Origin: Candidatus Omnitrophota bacterium | GTDB lineage: Bacteria; Omnitrophota; Gorgyraeia; B26-G9 | Direction of reading: 5' to 3' | Length of the DNA: 64,000 nucleotides | Assembly: GCA_043826565.1 (NCBI GenBank) | Contig: JBDRPX010000012.1 | Coordinates: 7,974-71,973, forward strand | Part shown: positions 1 to 9,152 of the stretch, piece after piece | Position numbering within the stretch: position 1 is the first letter of the stretch | How the letters are laid out: every line of letters starts with the position of its first letter | Notes under the pieces: generated by a model | What the model saw: the letters and a program-made list of their open reading frames with translations, nothing else | Database searches by the model: none | Told to the model about the DNA's origin: nothing | Position numbers and translations under genes: made by a program

Positions 1-366
1 AAACCGGTCAAAGATAAGACCAGCAGCAGCTTGCTTAAAGACGGAACGATCAATGATATCCCGGTTAATACGGCAAACGCGGGCATCACTTATCAATATA
101 ATGAATTTTTGAATTTAAATTGTGTCGCGAATTGGCATGGCAGTATTAAATCTCCCAGCAGCCTTGACGCCGAATATAAGATCGGACCTAAAGCAATATA
201 CGATTTTAATGCGATTATAGATCTGGGCAAGTATATTAAAGGCACAGAAATGTCTTTGAAAATTTATAATATTTTTGATTCTTATGATGAAGAAGGAGGA
301 AGCGTGCAGATCCCCTTTCCCCGGGGAGGGCGCAAGTTCCTTGTTAATGTGAAGCGGAGCTTCTGA
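1..366 (+). CDS. Outer-membrane TonB-dependent-receptor-like protein, C-terminal fragment (5' end outside window)
   Basis: ORF open to the window edge. C-terminal beta-strand-like sequence ending ...GRKFLVNVKRSF, with the terminal Phe typical of OM beta-barrels. Confidence 0.4.
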   Translation, partial: KPVKDKTSSSLLKDGTINDIPVNTANAGITYQYNEFLNLNCVANWHGSIKSPSSLDAEYKIGPKAIYDFNAIIDLGKYIKGTEMSLKIYNIFDSYDEEGGSVQIPFPRGGRKFLVNVKRSF

Positions 367-394
367 TCGGATTACTTTTTAAAAAGGAGTATTT

Positions 395-838
395 ATGGAT
401 AACCCGAAACTGCTTAAGATTTTACTTATCGAAGATAATCCTGATGATATCGCGATCACAAAAAGGGCTTTAAAGAACGCGAAGGTCATTAATCAGCTGT
501 TGGTGGTTAATGACGGACAGGAAGCGCTTGATTTTTTATATTGCCGGGGAGCTTATCAGGATAATTCCGAAGCTTCTGCTCCGGGGCTGATCCTTCTGGA
601 TATAAACCTGCCGAAAATAAACGGCTTGGAAGTGCTCCGGGAGATCAAAAATGATGAAATTTTAAGAAAAATTCCCGTGGTTATGCTGACAATGTCTAAA
701 CGTGATGAAGATGTGGTCCGGGGATATGTCAACGGATGCAATAGTTTTATTCAAAAGCCGGTTGAGTTTGAAAAATTTGTTGAAATTGTCCGTCAAATAG
801 GGTTATATTGGGGCTTGTTAAATGTTGAGTGTGAGTAA
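395..838 (+). CDS. Single-domain response regulator (CheY-like receiver)
   Basis: KILLIEDNPDD acidic pocket, phospho-Asp in LILLDINLP, conserved T/S and K (IQKP). RBS AAAGGAG upstream. Confidence 0.8.
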   Translation: MDNPKLLKILLIEDNPDDIAITKRALKNAKVINQLLVVNDGQEALDFLYCRGAYQDNSEASAPGLILLDINLPKINGLEVLREIKNDEILRKIPVVMLTMSKRDEDVVRGYVNGCNSFIQKPVEFEKFVEIVRQIGLYWGLLNVECE

Positions 839-856
839 AAATGAGAAGGACTTAAT

Positions 857-2356
857 ATGACGACCAGAATTTTACTTATCGAAGATAATCCTGATTATAT
901 CATGATTACTAAACGTATCCTGGCCAAGACCGGACAGGAATATTCGGTCGATGCGGTTATCGGGGCTCAGGAAGGGGTCAAAAAAATCATCGAAGGTAAA
1001 TATAATCTTATTCTCTGCGATTATCGTTTGCCGGGAATGAGCGGACTGGAGATCCTCCGGCAGATGCGCAGCCAGGGAAACGATACTCCGTTTGTTGTGG
1101 TGACCTCCGCCGGCAGTGAAAAAATCGCTGTTGATTTGATGCAGGAAGGGGCTGCGGATTATGTGGTAAAAGACTCCGCCTATGAAAATATCCTGCCGAT
1201 GGTTATTAAAAGAGCGATTGACAGATATGATGTAAAAAAAGAAAAACAATGGCTTGAACAAGAATTGATCAATTCCAATGAGAAATTAAAACAAATGTAC
1301 GCGATTAAAAGCGACTTTACCTCCATGGTGTCCCATGAATTAAGAACCCCGTTAACCGCGATCCGGGAGGGTATCAGTATTGTTCTGGACGGGTCTCTGG
1401 GAAATATTAATGAGGACCAGAAAGAGTTTTTGAATATTGCCCAGAAAAATGTCGATCGGCTAAAACGTTTGATCGATGATGTTCTGGATTTTTCAAAACT
1501 GGAATCTAAAAGAATGACATTTAAGGTCAGAGAAGATTCCCTTGAAGACGCGATAAAAGATGTTGTCAGCACGCAGCTTTCTGTCGCTAAGAAAAAAGGA
1601 TTATATCTGGACACTAAAATATCTTCGGATATTCCTTTAATCGAATTTGACCGGGATAGAATCAATCAGGTGCTGAATAATTTAGTCAGCAATGCTATTA
1701 AATTTACCGAAACCGGAGGGATTGTGATTTCCTGTGTTAATGATCCGGAACAGGGAGTTGTCCGGGTGAGCGTTGAAGATACCGGAACCGGAATTAGTCC
1801 GGAAGATATTCCTAAGCTTTTCCAGAAATTTCAACAGTTAGGCGGAATGGATAAGAGAAAAACCGGGGGGACCGGGTTAGGTCTGGCGATCTCCAAGCAG
1901 ATAATTGAGCATCATGGCGGGCAAATAACCGGCTGTTCGGAATTAGGTAAAAAATCGGAATTTTCGTTTACGCTTTTAATAAAACGGCAATACAAAGTTT
2001 TGGTTATAGACGATGAAATGGTTGTTCTTGATGTTTGTAAGAAATTTTTAGAAAAAGACAAATATATTGTTTTACGTACGACCCAAGGAAAAGAAGGGAT
2101 AAAACTTGCTCAAGAGGAAAAACCGGATGCCATTGTCCTGGATATGAGGCTGCAGGACATGAGCGGTTATGAGATAATCGGGAGATTAAAAAGCGGAAAA
2201 GAAACAGCTAATATCCCGATCCTGGTTATTTCCGGATATATGGATGAGATCGAGCGGATTAAAGCTCAGCCGGAAGATATTGCTTTGCCCTGGATCTTAA
2301 AACCGTTAGACGGGAAGCAGTTTTTATTAAAAATAAAATCACTAGTGCATGGATGA
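857..2356 (+). CDS. Hybrid sensor histidine kinase: N-terminal REC - HisKA - HATPase_c - C-terminal REC
   Basis: N-terminal receiver (LILCDYRLPGMSG). H-box SHELRTPLTAI. G-boxes DTGTGI and GGTGLGLAI. Second receiver (VLVIDDE ... IVLDMRLQDMSG ... ILKPL). Confidence 0.85.
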   Translation: MTTRILLIEDNPDYIMITKRILAKTGQEYSVDAVIGAQEGVKKIIEGKYNLILCDYRLPGMSGLEILRQMRSQGNDTPFVVVTSAGSEKIAVDLMQEGAADYVVKDSAYENILPMVIKRAIDRYDVKKEKQWLEQELINSNEKLKQMYAIKSDFTSMVSHELRTPLTAIREGISIVLDGSLGNINEDQKEFLNIAQKNVDRLKRLIDDVLDFSKLESKRMTFKVREDSLEDAIKDVVSTQLSVAKKKGLYLDTKISSDIPLIEFDRDRINQVLNNLVSNAIKFTETGGIVISCVNDPEQGVVRVSVEDTGTGISPEDIPKLFQKFQQLGGMDKRKTGGTGLGLAISKQIIEHHGGQITGCSELGKKSEFSFTLLIKRQYKVLVIDDEMVVLDVCKKFLEKDKYIVLRTTQGKEGIKLAQEEKPDAIVLDMRLQDMSGYEIIGRLKSGKETANIPILVISGYMDEIERIKAQPEDIALPWILKPLDGKQFLLKIKSLVHG

Positions 2357-2408
2357 TATATAAAACGTATTATCTGCGATTATCATCAGAAGAAGGAAAG
2401 GGGCAGCT

Positions 2409-4334
2409 ATGCCGACCAAGATATTGCTTATTGAGCACAATCCGGACCATATTTTATTAACTAAACGAATATTACAGAAATCAAATGATGATTACCAGAT
2501 AGACACTGCCGAAGAAGCTGACAGCGGAGAGAAAAGGTGTGTTGAAGAAGATTATGATTTAGTGCTTTCTGATTATCGTCTGCCCGGTTCAAGCGCGATG
2601 GATATATTACGCGGAGTTAGGGAGAAAGGTAAGGACACTCCTTTTGTCGTGGTTACTGCTGCCGGAAATGAGAAGATCGCGGTAGAATTGATGAAAGAAG
2701 GCGCCTCAGATTATGTGGTTAAGGACGCTGCGTATGAGGATATTCTGCCGATAGTTGTGGAGCAGTCGATAGAAAGGTATAGAATTAAAAAGGCCAAAGA
2801 TCGTGCTGAAGAAGCCTTGCGGGAAAGTGAACTCCGGTATAGACTGCTTGCGGAGAATGTAACGGATGTTATTTGGACCGCGGATTTAAATCTAAAATGG
2901 ACGTACCTTAGTCCGTCGATCATCCAGGTTTTTGGATATAGCGCGGAAGAGTCGGTAGGATTGACCCTTGAGGATATGCTTGTCCCGGCTTCGCGTATTC
3001 TGGCCAAGAAAACATTTCTCGCGGAACTTGCCGAAGCCCGGAAAAATACAGGGGATTTGAAACGTTCGGTAGTTTTAGAGCTGGAATTTCAGCGTAAAGA
3101 CGGCGCGACAACATGGGCGGAAGTTAAAACTACTTTTTTACGTGATGATAACAATGATCCGATTGGCCTTATCGGAGTTACCCGGGATATTACCCAGCGG
3201 AAAAAAGCGCAAGATGAGCTGGTAAATGCCTATCAGATGACCCGTGATATTCTGGAAAAATCACCTTTTGGGATTGCGGTTGTAAATGGAAACGGCATTG
3301 TCGAATATGTTAATCCGAAAATGATCGAGATCTCCGGAGATTTAAAAGAGCATTTTGAGAATTTAAATATGATCAATCTGGAAACATATAAAGACCGGGG
3401 GATCGATCAGAAAATTAAGGAAGCTTTGCAGGGGCAGGGGTTTTTTATGGGGGCGGTTGATTACACGTCACACTATGGTAAAAAACATACGATACGTAAT
3501 TTTACCGGAATACCTCTGAAGGATATGGAAGAAAGAAAAATGCTTATGTTTGTCGAAGATATAACCGAACTTAAAACCGCGGAGCAGAAATTAGCCGAAG
3601 CTTATAAAAAACTCAAAGAAACCCAAGAACAGCTTATTCAGTCCAGTAAAATGGTAGCGATGGGGCAACTGGCCGCAGGGATATCACATGAACTTAACCA
3701 GCCGTTAACCGGGGTTAAGGGGTTTGCTCAGGCGGCATTAATGGATTTAGATGCCGGCCATCCCGTCAGAAGTGATCTGCAAAGAATTGTTGAGCAGGCG
3801 GATAGGATGGATATGATTATTAAGAATGTGCGCTTTTTTGCCCGGAAGTCTGATTTTACGATGGAGGAACTGGATGTAAACAAGCCGATAGAAGATTCTC
3901 TGGGTTTGTTGAATGAACAGCTGCGGGTGCATAATATAAAAGTGAAAACCAGCTTAAAAGAAAATTTGCCTAAGATCCAGGGAGATTGTAATCAGCTGCA
4001 GCAGGTATTTTTGAACTTAATTACTAATGCCCGGGACGCGATTGATATTTTAAATAATCCGGAAGGAGGAGAACTTGAGATTGTCAGCGGAGTAATAAAC
4101 AATGGGAAAGAGATTGAGATTACTTTTGAAGATACCGGCGGAGGCATTCCGAATGAACATAAGGATCAGGTGTTTAATCCGTTTTATACTACGAAATCTC
4201 CGGACGGAGGCATGGGGCTGGGATTATCTATCGCCTATAGAATAATTGAAAACCATAAAGGGAAAATTGAAGTTGTCAGCAGTACCAGCAGCGGAACAAA
4301 ATTTCGGATCATTTTACCTGTGGAGAAACACTAG
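2409..4334 (+). CDS. REC - PAS/PAS - histidine kinase
   Basis: Receiver with variant acidic pocket (IEHNPDH) and phospho-Asp LVLSDYRLPGSS. Two PAS-like segments. H-box ISHELNQPLTGV. HATPase G-boxes DTGGGIP and GMGLGLSIA. Confidence 0.85.
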   Translation: MPTKILLIEHNPDHILLTKRILQKSNDDYQIDTAEEADSGEKRCVEEDYDLVLSDYRLPGSSAMDILRGVREKGKDTPFVVVTAAGNEKIAVELMKEGASDYVVKDAAYEDILPIVVEQSIERYRIKKAKDRAEEALRESELRYRLLAENVTDVIWTADLNLKWTYLSPSIIQVFGYSAEESVGLTLEDMLVPASRILAKKTFLAELAEARKNTGDLKRSVVLELEFQRKDGATTWAEVKTTFLRDDNNDPIGLIGVTRDITQRKKAQDELVNAYQMTRDILEKSPFGIAVVNGNGIVEYVNPKMIEISGDLKEHFENLNMINLETYKDRGIDQKIKEALQGQGFFMGAVDYTSHYGKKHTIRNFTGIPLKDMEERKMLMFVEDITELKTAEQKLAEAYKKLKETQEQLIQSSKMVAMGQLAAGISHELNQPLTGVKGFAQAALMDLDAGHPVRSDLQRIVEQADRMDMIIKNVRFFARKSDFTMEELDVNKPIEDSLGLLNEQLRVHNIKVKTSLKENLPKIQGDCNQLQQVFLNLITNARDAIDILNNPEGGELEIVSGVINNGKEIEITFEDTGGGIPNEHKDQVFNPFYTTKSPDGGMGLGLSIAYRIIENHKGKIEVVSSTSSGTKFRIILPVEKH

Positions 4335-4363
4335 GTTGATATTATGATCTAGAGAAAGACACA

Positions 4364-4819
4364 ATGGATGCGAATAGTCATAAACTAAAAAAACTTACCG
4401 TAGATGACGAGCGCGAAATAAAAAGCTTGTTTGAAATATCTCAAAGTCTGGCGATGCTGGCAGAACAAGGGGCGGTTGTTTCGCATGAAGTAGATGCCGT
4501 GCTTTCATCCGTAAGGCTTTTTTTAGAAACGCTCAAAGATAACAGCAGTTTTTTTCAGCAAGGACAGCCCGGCTTTGTTCTCGCCTGCCCGGAAAATGAT
4601 TCTGAAAACAAATTTCAGGAAATTGTTGACGATTTGCTTAGTAATGCTAAATTCCCTCCGGAGAAAGAGCCGTATAAATTAATTATCGCGAAAATGGACA
4701 AAGTGCTGATCAGAACTGTGCTGGGAAAGGTAAAAATGAATCAATCTCAAGCCGCGAAAATGTTGGGGATAAGCAGAAATACTTTGCGGTCTAAAATAAA
4801 AGAATATGGGTTAGCGTAA
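4364..4819 (+). CDS. Small protein with C-terminal Fis/NtrC-type HTH only (no REC or AAA+ domain)
   Basis: C-terminus LIRTVLGKVKMNQSQAAKMLGISRNTLRSKIKEYGL is a classic Fis-family HTH. The N-terminal ~100 aa is unassigned. Confidence 0.6.
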   Translation: MDANSHKLKKLTVDDEREIKSLFEISQSLAMLAEQGAVVSHEVDAVLSSVRLFLETLKDNSSFFQQGQPGFVLACPENDSENKFQEIVDDLLSNAKFPPEKEPYKLIIAKMDKVLIRTVLGKVKMNQSQAAKMLGISRNTLRSKIKEYGLA

Positions 4820-4856
4820 TCAGTAGTCTATTTTGCGAATTTACTGACTTTTTTTT
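4820..4856. terminator. Hairpin plus T8 tract between convergent genes (likely terminator of the + operon 395-4819)
   Basis: TCAGTA-N16-TACTGA stem followed by TTTTTTTT on the + strand. It overlaps the last codons of the minus-strand gene 4828-5190. Confidence 0.4.
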
Positions 4857-5190
4857 CAAAGTCCTGTCCTTCAAAAGGCATGCTTATCCATCCGTCAGCA
4901 TTTGTTTCTTCAGTAATTTTATCTAATTCGCTATCATCCTTTGCCGATACAAATAAAACCGAGATTTTTTCTGTAGCCGGATCATTTTTAAGCAGTTTAC
5001 AAATACTGCCGCCATCTATATCCGGAAGTGTATAATCCAGAAGAATTAACTGATACTCTCCGGTACGGGCTTTTCCCAGGCCTTCAGTTCCGGTTATGGC
5101 GGTTTCTGAGGCAAATCCCAGAACCTTTAATTTGAAAGTTAATATCTTGCTAATATAATGACTATCTTGTATTATGAGAATCTTACCCAT
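4828..5190 (-). CDS. Single-domain response regulator, atypical (conserved Lys replaced by Met)
   Basis: KILIIQDSHY, LILLDYTLPDIDG and VLFVSAKDD are present. The usual K-P motif reads SMPF. Confidence 0.7.
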   Translation of the reverse strand: MGKILIIQDSHYISKILTFKLKVLGFASETAITGTEGLGKARTGEYQLILLDYTLPDIDGGSICKLLKNDPATEKISVLFVSAKDDSELDKITEETNADGWISMPFEGQDFEKKVSKFAK

Positions 5191-5316
5191 ATATTTTCTC
5201 CTGGTATAATCTTCAATCCTCTGATGGATTATACCAGATTAAAACACAATTACAAAGATTTATTTTCTGTCAAACGTAGTCAATCACAGTAATCTGTTTT
5301 TCATCAATGTAATCAT

Positions 5317-5358
5317 GAGGCATTCTTATTTGTATTTAACTTTAAATAAGAATGCCTC
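5317..5358. promoter_or_regulatory. 42-bp palindrome GAGGCATTCTTATTT-N12-AAATAAGAATGCCTC in a divergent intergenic region
   Basis: Perfect 15-bp arms read directly. The core CATTCTTATTT / AAATAAGAATG recurs inside the 230-bp inverted repeats at 23739 and 35494. Confidence 0.5.
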
Positions 5359-5497
5359 AAAAAAACTATTCTTTATAATTTTTAATAAATTCAGACAGAT
5401 TTTAAAAGCATTGGAACCTCCCTAACTCTATTAAAATACATCATATACCAAGCCAAACACACAATAATCCACCATATCACATAATAAAGCACCAGCC

Positions 5498-5526
5498 TTG
5501 ACAAATCACATAATATGTGATACTAT
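5498..5526 (+). promoter_or_regulatory. Sigma70-like promoter TTGACA-17-TACTAT with dyad TCACATAATATGTGA in the spacer
   Basis: Read directly. The dyad between -35 and -10 is the operator position typical of MerR-type regulation. A MerR-like gene lies downstream. Confidence 0.4.
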
Positions 5527-5671
5527 TTAATTGTAAAGCGTGTAAATTCTCCACAAAATATATTATTATATAATAATAAACTATACATTAAAATTTTATA
5601 TAAAAGTTGAAGGTTGAAGTCCTACTTTCAAGTTCTTGAATAAGGAAAATAAGTAAAAAGGAGTAAGTTAA

Positions 5672-5923
5672 TTGCCTAAAAAATCAATAAAAAATCAGAT
5701 GGGGATAATCGAGGCGGCGAAAAAAATTGGTATAGAGATGCACAGACTGTATTGCTGGGAGCAGTATGGTGTTGTGCATCCGGTTACGGAGCTCTGCGGT
5801 TCACGGCGTTTTCGCCGGTATTCTCAGGATGATATTGAAAGGGCCAAGTTTGTTAAATTTCTGGTAGAGGAAGAAGGATATATGTTAAAGGCCGCGGCGC
5901 GTAAGCTGAATGGAGGGAGGTAA
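5672..5923 (+). CDS. Small MerR/Xis-family HTH DNA-binding protein
   Basis: TTG start with RBS AAAGGAG. IIEAAKKIGIEMHRLYCWEQYGVVHPV...RRFRRYSQDDIERA resembles MerR/HTH_17. Confidence 0.55.
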   Translation: MPKKSIKNQMGIIEAAKKIGIEMHRLYCWEQYGVVHPVTELCGSRRFRRYSQDDIERAKFVKFLVEEEGYMLKAAARKLNGGR

Positions 5924-5926
5924 AAA

Positions 5927-6286
5927 ATGCGGAAAATACTGCTTATTGATGATGAGATAGATATACTGAAAACTGTGGGAGCGCGATTAAAGGTATGCGG
6001 ATATGAAGTTATTACCGCGGAAGACGGAGAAGAGGGGTTAAAAAAAATTATTGCGGAAAAGCCTGATTTAATTGTTTGCGATGTGATGATGCCGAAAATG
6101 GATGGGTACACCCTGGTGCGGAAAATGAAGTATGATAACTCGATACTGCCGATCCCGATCATTATGCTTACGGCAAAAGAGCGGCTGCAGGATTTATTTG
6201 AACTTGAGGGAGTTAGGGCGTATATAACAAAACCATTTAAGTCGGAAGAACTGTTAAAAAAGATCAAAGAACTTATCCAGAAGTAA
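5927..6286 (+). CDS. Single-domain response regulator
   Basis: ILLIDDEIDI, LIVCDVMMPKMDG, IMLTAKE, YITKPF. Confidence 0.8.
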   Translation: MRKILLIDDEIDILKTVGARLKVCGYEVITAEDGEEGLKKIIAEKPDLIVCDVMMPKMDGYTLVRKMKYDNSILPIPIIMLTAKERLQDLFELEGVRAYITKPFKSEELLKKIKELIQK

Positions 6287-6325
6287 ATTAACAGAATCGA
6301 AAAGCAAAAAAAGGGGAATAGATAG

Positions 6326-6685
6326 ATGAAAATATTAATTGCTGATGATGAAACTGGAGTAACTGACTTTCTGGGATATTTTCTTCAGCAGAAAGGGCAT
6401 GTTGTTGATGTGGCGGGTAATGGGAAGAAGGCTTTGGAATTACTCAAAAAAGATAAATATTCGATCATTTTTCTTGATTATAATATGCCTGAGGTAACGG
6501 GCCTGGAAGTAATTCAGTTTATCCGGGAAAACCACATGGATATTGTTGTTGTTATGATTACCGGGTATCCGTTTGTTAAGGAATTCTTGGCGAAATCGGT
6601 AGGGGCAGACGAATATATCCACAAACCATATGATTTGGGGCTGATCGAGAGTATTCTGGATAAGTATGCCGCAAGGGTTAACTAA
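6326..6685 (+). CDS. Single-domain response regulator
   Basis: KILIADDE, IIFLDYNMPEVTGLEVI, VVMITGYP, YIHKPY. Close paralog of the next gene. Confidence 0.8.
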   Translation: MKILIADDETGVTDFLGYFLQQKGHVVDVAGNGKKALELLKKDKYSIIFLDYNMPEVTGLEVIQFIRENHMDIVVVMITGYPFVKEFLAKSVGADEYIHKPYDLGLIESILDKYAARVN

Positions 6686-6700
6686 AATTAGGGGTAAAAA

Positions 6701-7054
6701 ATGAAGATTCTTATTGCTGATGATGAAAAAGAAATCACGCAAAATCTGCAGGAGTTTTTACGGCGCAAAGGATATGTGGCGGATGTCGCGTTTGACGGCC
6801 GGGAAGCTTTAGATTTAATTAAAGAAGTTGATTATGATCTCATATTTCTTGACTATAATATGCCGGAGTTAACCGGATTGGAATTGATAAAGTATGTTAA
6901 GGAACATAATGAAAAAACAAAAACAGTAATGCTTACCGGATACCCCTTAATGGAAGGTTTTTTTGCTAAAGCCGTAGGCGCGGATGAATATCTGGATAAG
7001 CCGTATCAGTTTAAGGACATCGAACAGATTATTGAGAAATATGAAAAGCCGTAA
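6701..7054 (+). CDS. Single-domain response regulator (paralog of 6326-6685)
   Basis: KILIADDE, LIFLDYNMPELTGLELI, VMLTGYP, YLDKPY. Confidence 0.8.
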   Translation: MKILIADDEKEITQNLQEFLRRKGYVADVAFDGREALDLIKEVDYDLIFLDYNMPELTGLELIKYVKEHNEKTKTVMLTGYPLMEGFFAKAVGADEYLDKPYQFKDIEQIIEKYEKP

Positions 7055-7059
7055 AAGTA

Positions 7060-7452
7060 TTGAGAAAGGAGAACGCTGTTATGGGAAAAAAAATATTATT
7101 AGTAGACGATGAACAGGACATTGTAACGGTTGTAACCGCGCGATTAAAAGCAAATGATTATGAAGTTATTGTCGCCTATGACGGAGAAGCAGCTTTAGAA
7201 ATGGCGAAAACACAAAATCCCGATTTAATTATCCTGGATCTTATGCTTCCGAAGATGGATGGTTATAAAGTGTGCGGGCTTTTAAAAAACGATGTGCGTT
7301 ATTCAAAAATCCCCATCATAATGTTTACCGCGCGGGCGCAGGAAGAGGATGTTTTGCTGGGGAAAGAAATGGGCGCGGATGATTATATTACAAAACCGTT
7401 TGATTCGATGGTGCTGCTGGAAAAGATTTCACTGCTTATATCTAAGGAGTAA
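7060..7452 (+). CDS. Single-domain response regulator (likely start at ATG 7081)
   Basis: GKKILLVDDEQDI, LIILDLMLPKMDG, IIMFTARAQ, YITKPF. Confidence 0.8.
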   Translation: MRKENAVMGKKILLVDDEQDIVTVVTARLKANDYEVIVAYDGEAALEMAKTQNPDLIILDLMLPKMDGYKVCGLLKNDVRYSKIPIIMFTARAQEEDVLLGKEMGADDYITKPFDSMVLLEKISLLISKE

Positions 7453-7498
7453 TCAGAGAGAAAAAATTGAAGCTTGATATTTGGACTGAGGTTAAAAA

Positions 7499-9115
7499 AT
7501 GGGAAAAATTCAGAAAAAATTATTAGGTGAGAGCCTGGTTGAAGAAGGAATAATTACCGCGGAACAATTGCGCCAGGCAAAGGGAGAAGAATCGCGCTCC
7601 GGAGTACGTCTGCGTAAACTTCTGGTTAAAATGGGGTTTATTGACGAATACGACCTGGTTGCTTTTTTAAGTGAAAAGTTTGAGGTCTCCAGAATTGAAC
7701 TGAATAATTATCTGATTTCTCCAAAAGTCATTGAACTTATTCCGGAGGATCTAGCCAGAAAATATGAGTTAATCCCTATTTTAAAAATCGGGGGAAATCT
7801 TACTTGCGCGATGGTGGACCCCTGGAATATCTACGCGCTGGATGAATTGAGATTAAAGACCGGGTTTATTATTGATCCGGCGGTGGCCACAGAAGCGGAA
7901 ATACACAAGGCCCTGGACGAATATTATGGAGCTAAAGGTTCCTTGGAAGATATTCTCAAGACATTAGAAGAAGAGAAAAGTAAAGCTAAGGGCAAGCCGG
8001 GAGACAGTGCCAAGGAATTAGCGGAGCTTAGCGGAGAGCCCCTGGTTATGCGCCTGGTAAATCTAATAATTGCCAAGGCTGTCAGTGAGGGGGCTAGCGA
8101 TATCCATATTGAACCGGAAGAAAACTCTTTGCGGGTACGTTTCCGGGTGGATGGGCTTTTACATGAAGCGGCAAAGCCGGCGCAGTATTTACAAGCTTCA
8201 ATTATTTCCCGCATAAAAGTTATGTCTAATTTAGATATTGCCGAACGCAGAATCCCGCAGGACGGCAGATTTAATTTGAAAATGGAAGGCAAAGCTATTG
8301 ATGTGCGTGTATCATGTATGCCTACGGTTTATGGAGAGAACGTAGTCCTGCGTTTATTAGATACCTCCAGCGCTTTTCGCGCGCTCAATGAGATGGGATT
8401 TCCGGAGGTGATGTTAAAAGAATATAATAAGCTTATTTACCGGCCTTACGGGATAGTCCTTGTGACCGGCCCGACCGGAAGCGGCAAGACGACTACTTTA
8501 TATGCTTCTTTGGATAAAATAAATGCTATAGAAAAAAATATTATTACGGTGGAAGATCCGGTTGAATATAAACTTCCCGGGATCAGGCAGACCATGGTCA
8601 ATTCCAAGGTTAACTTAACGTTCGCCAGCGGAATGAGGGCGATTTTACGGCAGGATCCGGATATTATTATGGTTGGTGAAATCAGAGATACCGAAACCGC
8701 GGAAATTGCTATTCAGGCGGCATTAACCGGACATTTGGTGTTTTCAACCTTACATACAAATGACGCTGCCAGCGCGGTTACCCGGCTTATTGATATGGGG
8801 ATTGAACCGTTCCTGATCGCTTCCTCGGTAATCGGGGTGATCGCGCAAAGGCTGGTGCGGGTAATATGTAAAGAGTGTAAAGGCAAAGGTTGTCCGGTAT
8901 GCCTGGAGAAAGGGTATAAGGGGCGTGTCGGTATTTATGAGCTGCTGGTTCCGGACGAGGATATTAGACAGATGATGATGAAGCGCGCTTCATCCGAGGA
9001 AATCAGGATCGCGGCCTTAAAAAAAGGAATGAGATCATTGAGGGAAAGCGGATTGGAAAAGGTCAAGGCGGGGATTACTTCAGAAGAAGAAGTTTTGCGT
9101 GTGACGCAGGAGTAG
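7499..9115 (+). CDS. pilB: Type IV pilus assembly / T2SS ATPase (PilB/GspE family)
   Basis: N-terminal GspE_N-like domain. Walker A GPTGSGKTTTLYASL, Walker B IIMVGEIRD, His-box GHLVFSTLHTND. Tetracysteine CKECKGKGCPVC. Confidence 0.9.
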   Translation: MGKIQKKLLGESLVEEGIITAEQLRQAKGEESRSGVRLRKLLVKMGFIDEYDLVAFLSEKFEVSRIELNNYLISPKVIELIPEDLARKYELIPILKIGGNLTCAMVDPWNIYALDELRLKTGFIIDPAVATEAEIHKALDEYYGAKGSLEDILKTLEEEKSKAKGKPGDSAKELAELSGEPLVMRLVNLIIAKAVSEGASDIHIEPEENSLRVRFRVDGLLHEAAKPAQYLQASIISRIKVMSNLDIAERRIPQDGRFNLKMEGKAIDVRVSCMPTVYGENVVLRLLDTSSAFRALNEMGFPEVMLKEYNKLIYRPYGIVLVTGPTGSGKTTTLYASLDKINAIEKNIITVEDPVEYKLPGIRQTMVNSKVNLTFASGMRAILRQDPDIIMVGEIRDTETAEIAIQAALTGHLVFSTLHTNDAASAVTRLIDMGIEPFLIASSVIGVIAQRLVRVICKECKGKGCPVCLEKGYKGRVGIYELLVPDEDIRQMMMKRASSEEIRIAALKKGMRSLRESGLEKVKAGITSEEEVLRVTQE

Positions 9116-9152
9116 ATTAAGTTTTTGCAGAAAGAATAAAGGAGGAAGTAAG

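Noticed and set aside
872-1665. Minus-strand ORFs 872-1261 and 1180-1665 inside the hybrid kinase gene
   Set aside because: They lie antisense to a gene with a clear HisKA/HATPase/REC motif series. They have no motifs and a low-complexity composition.
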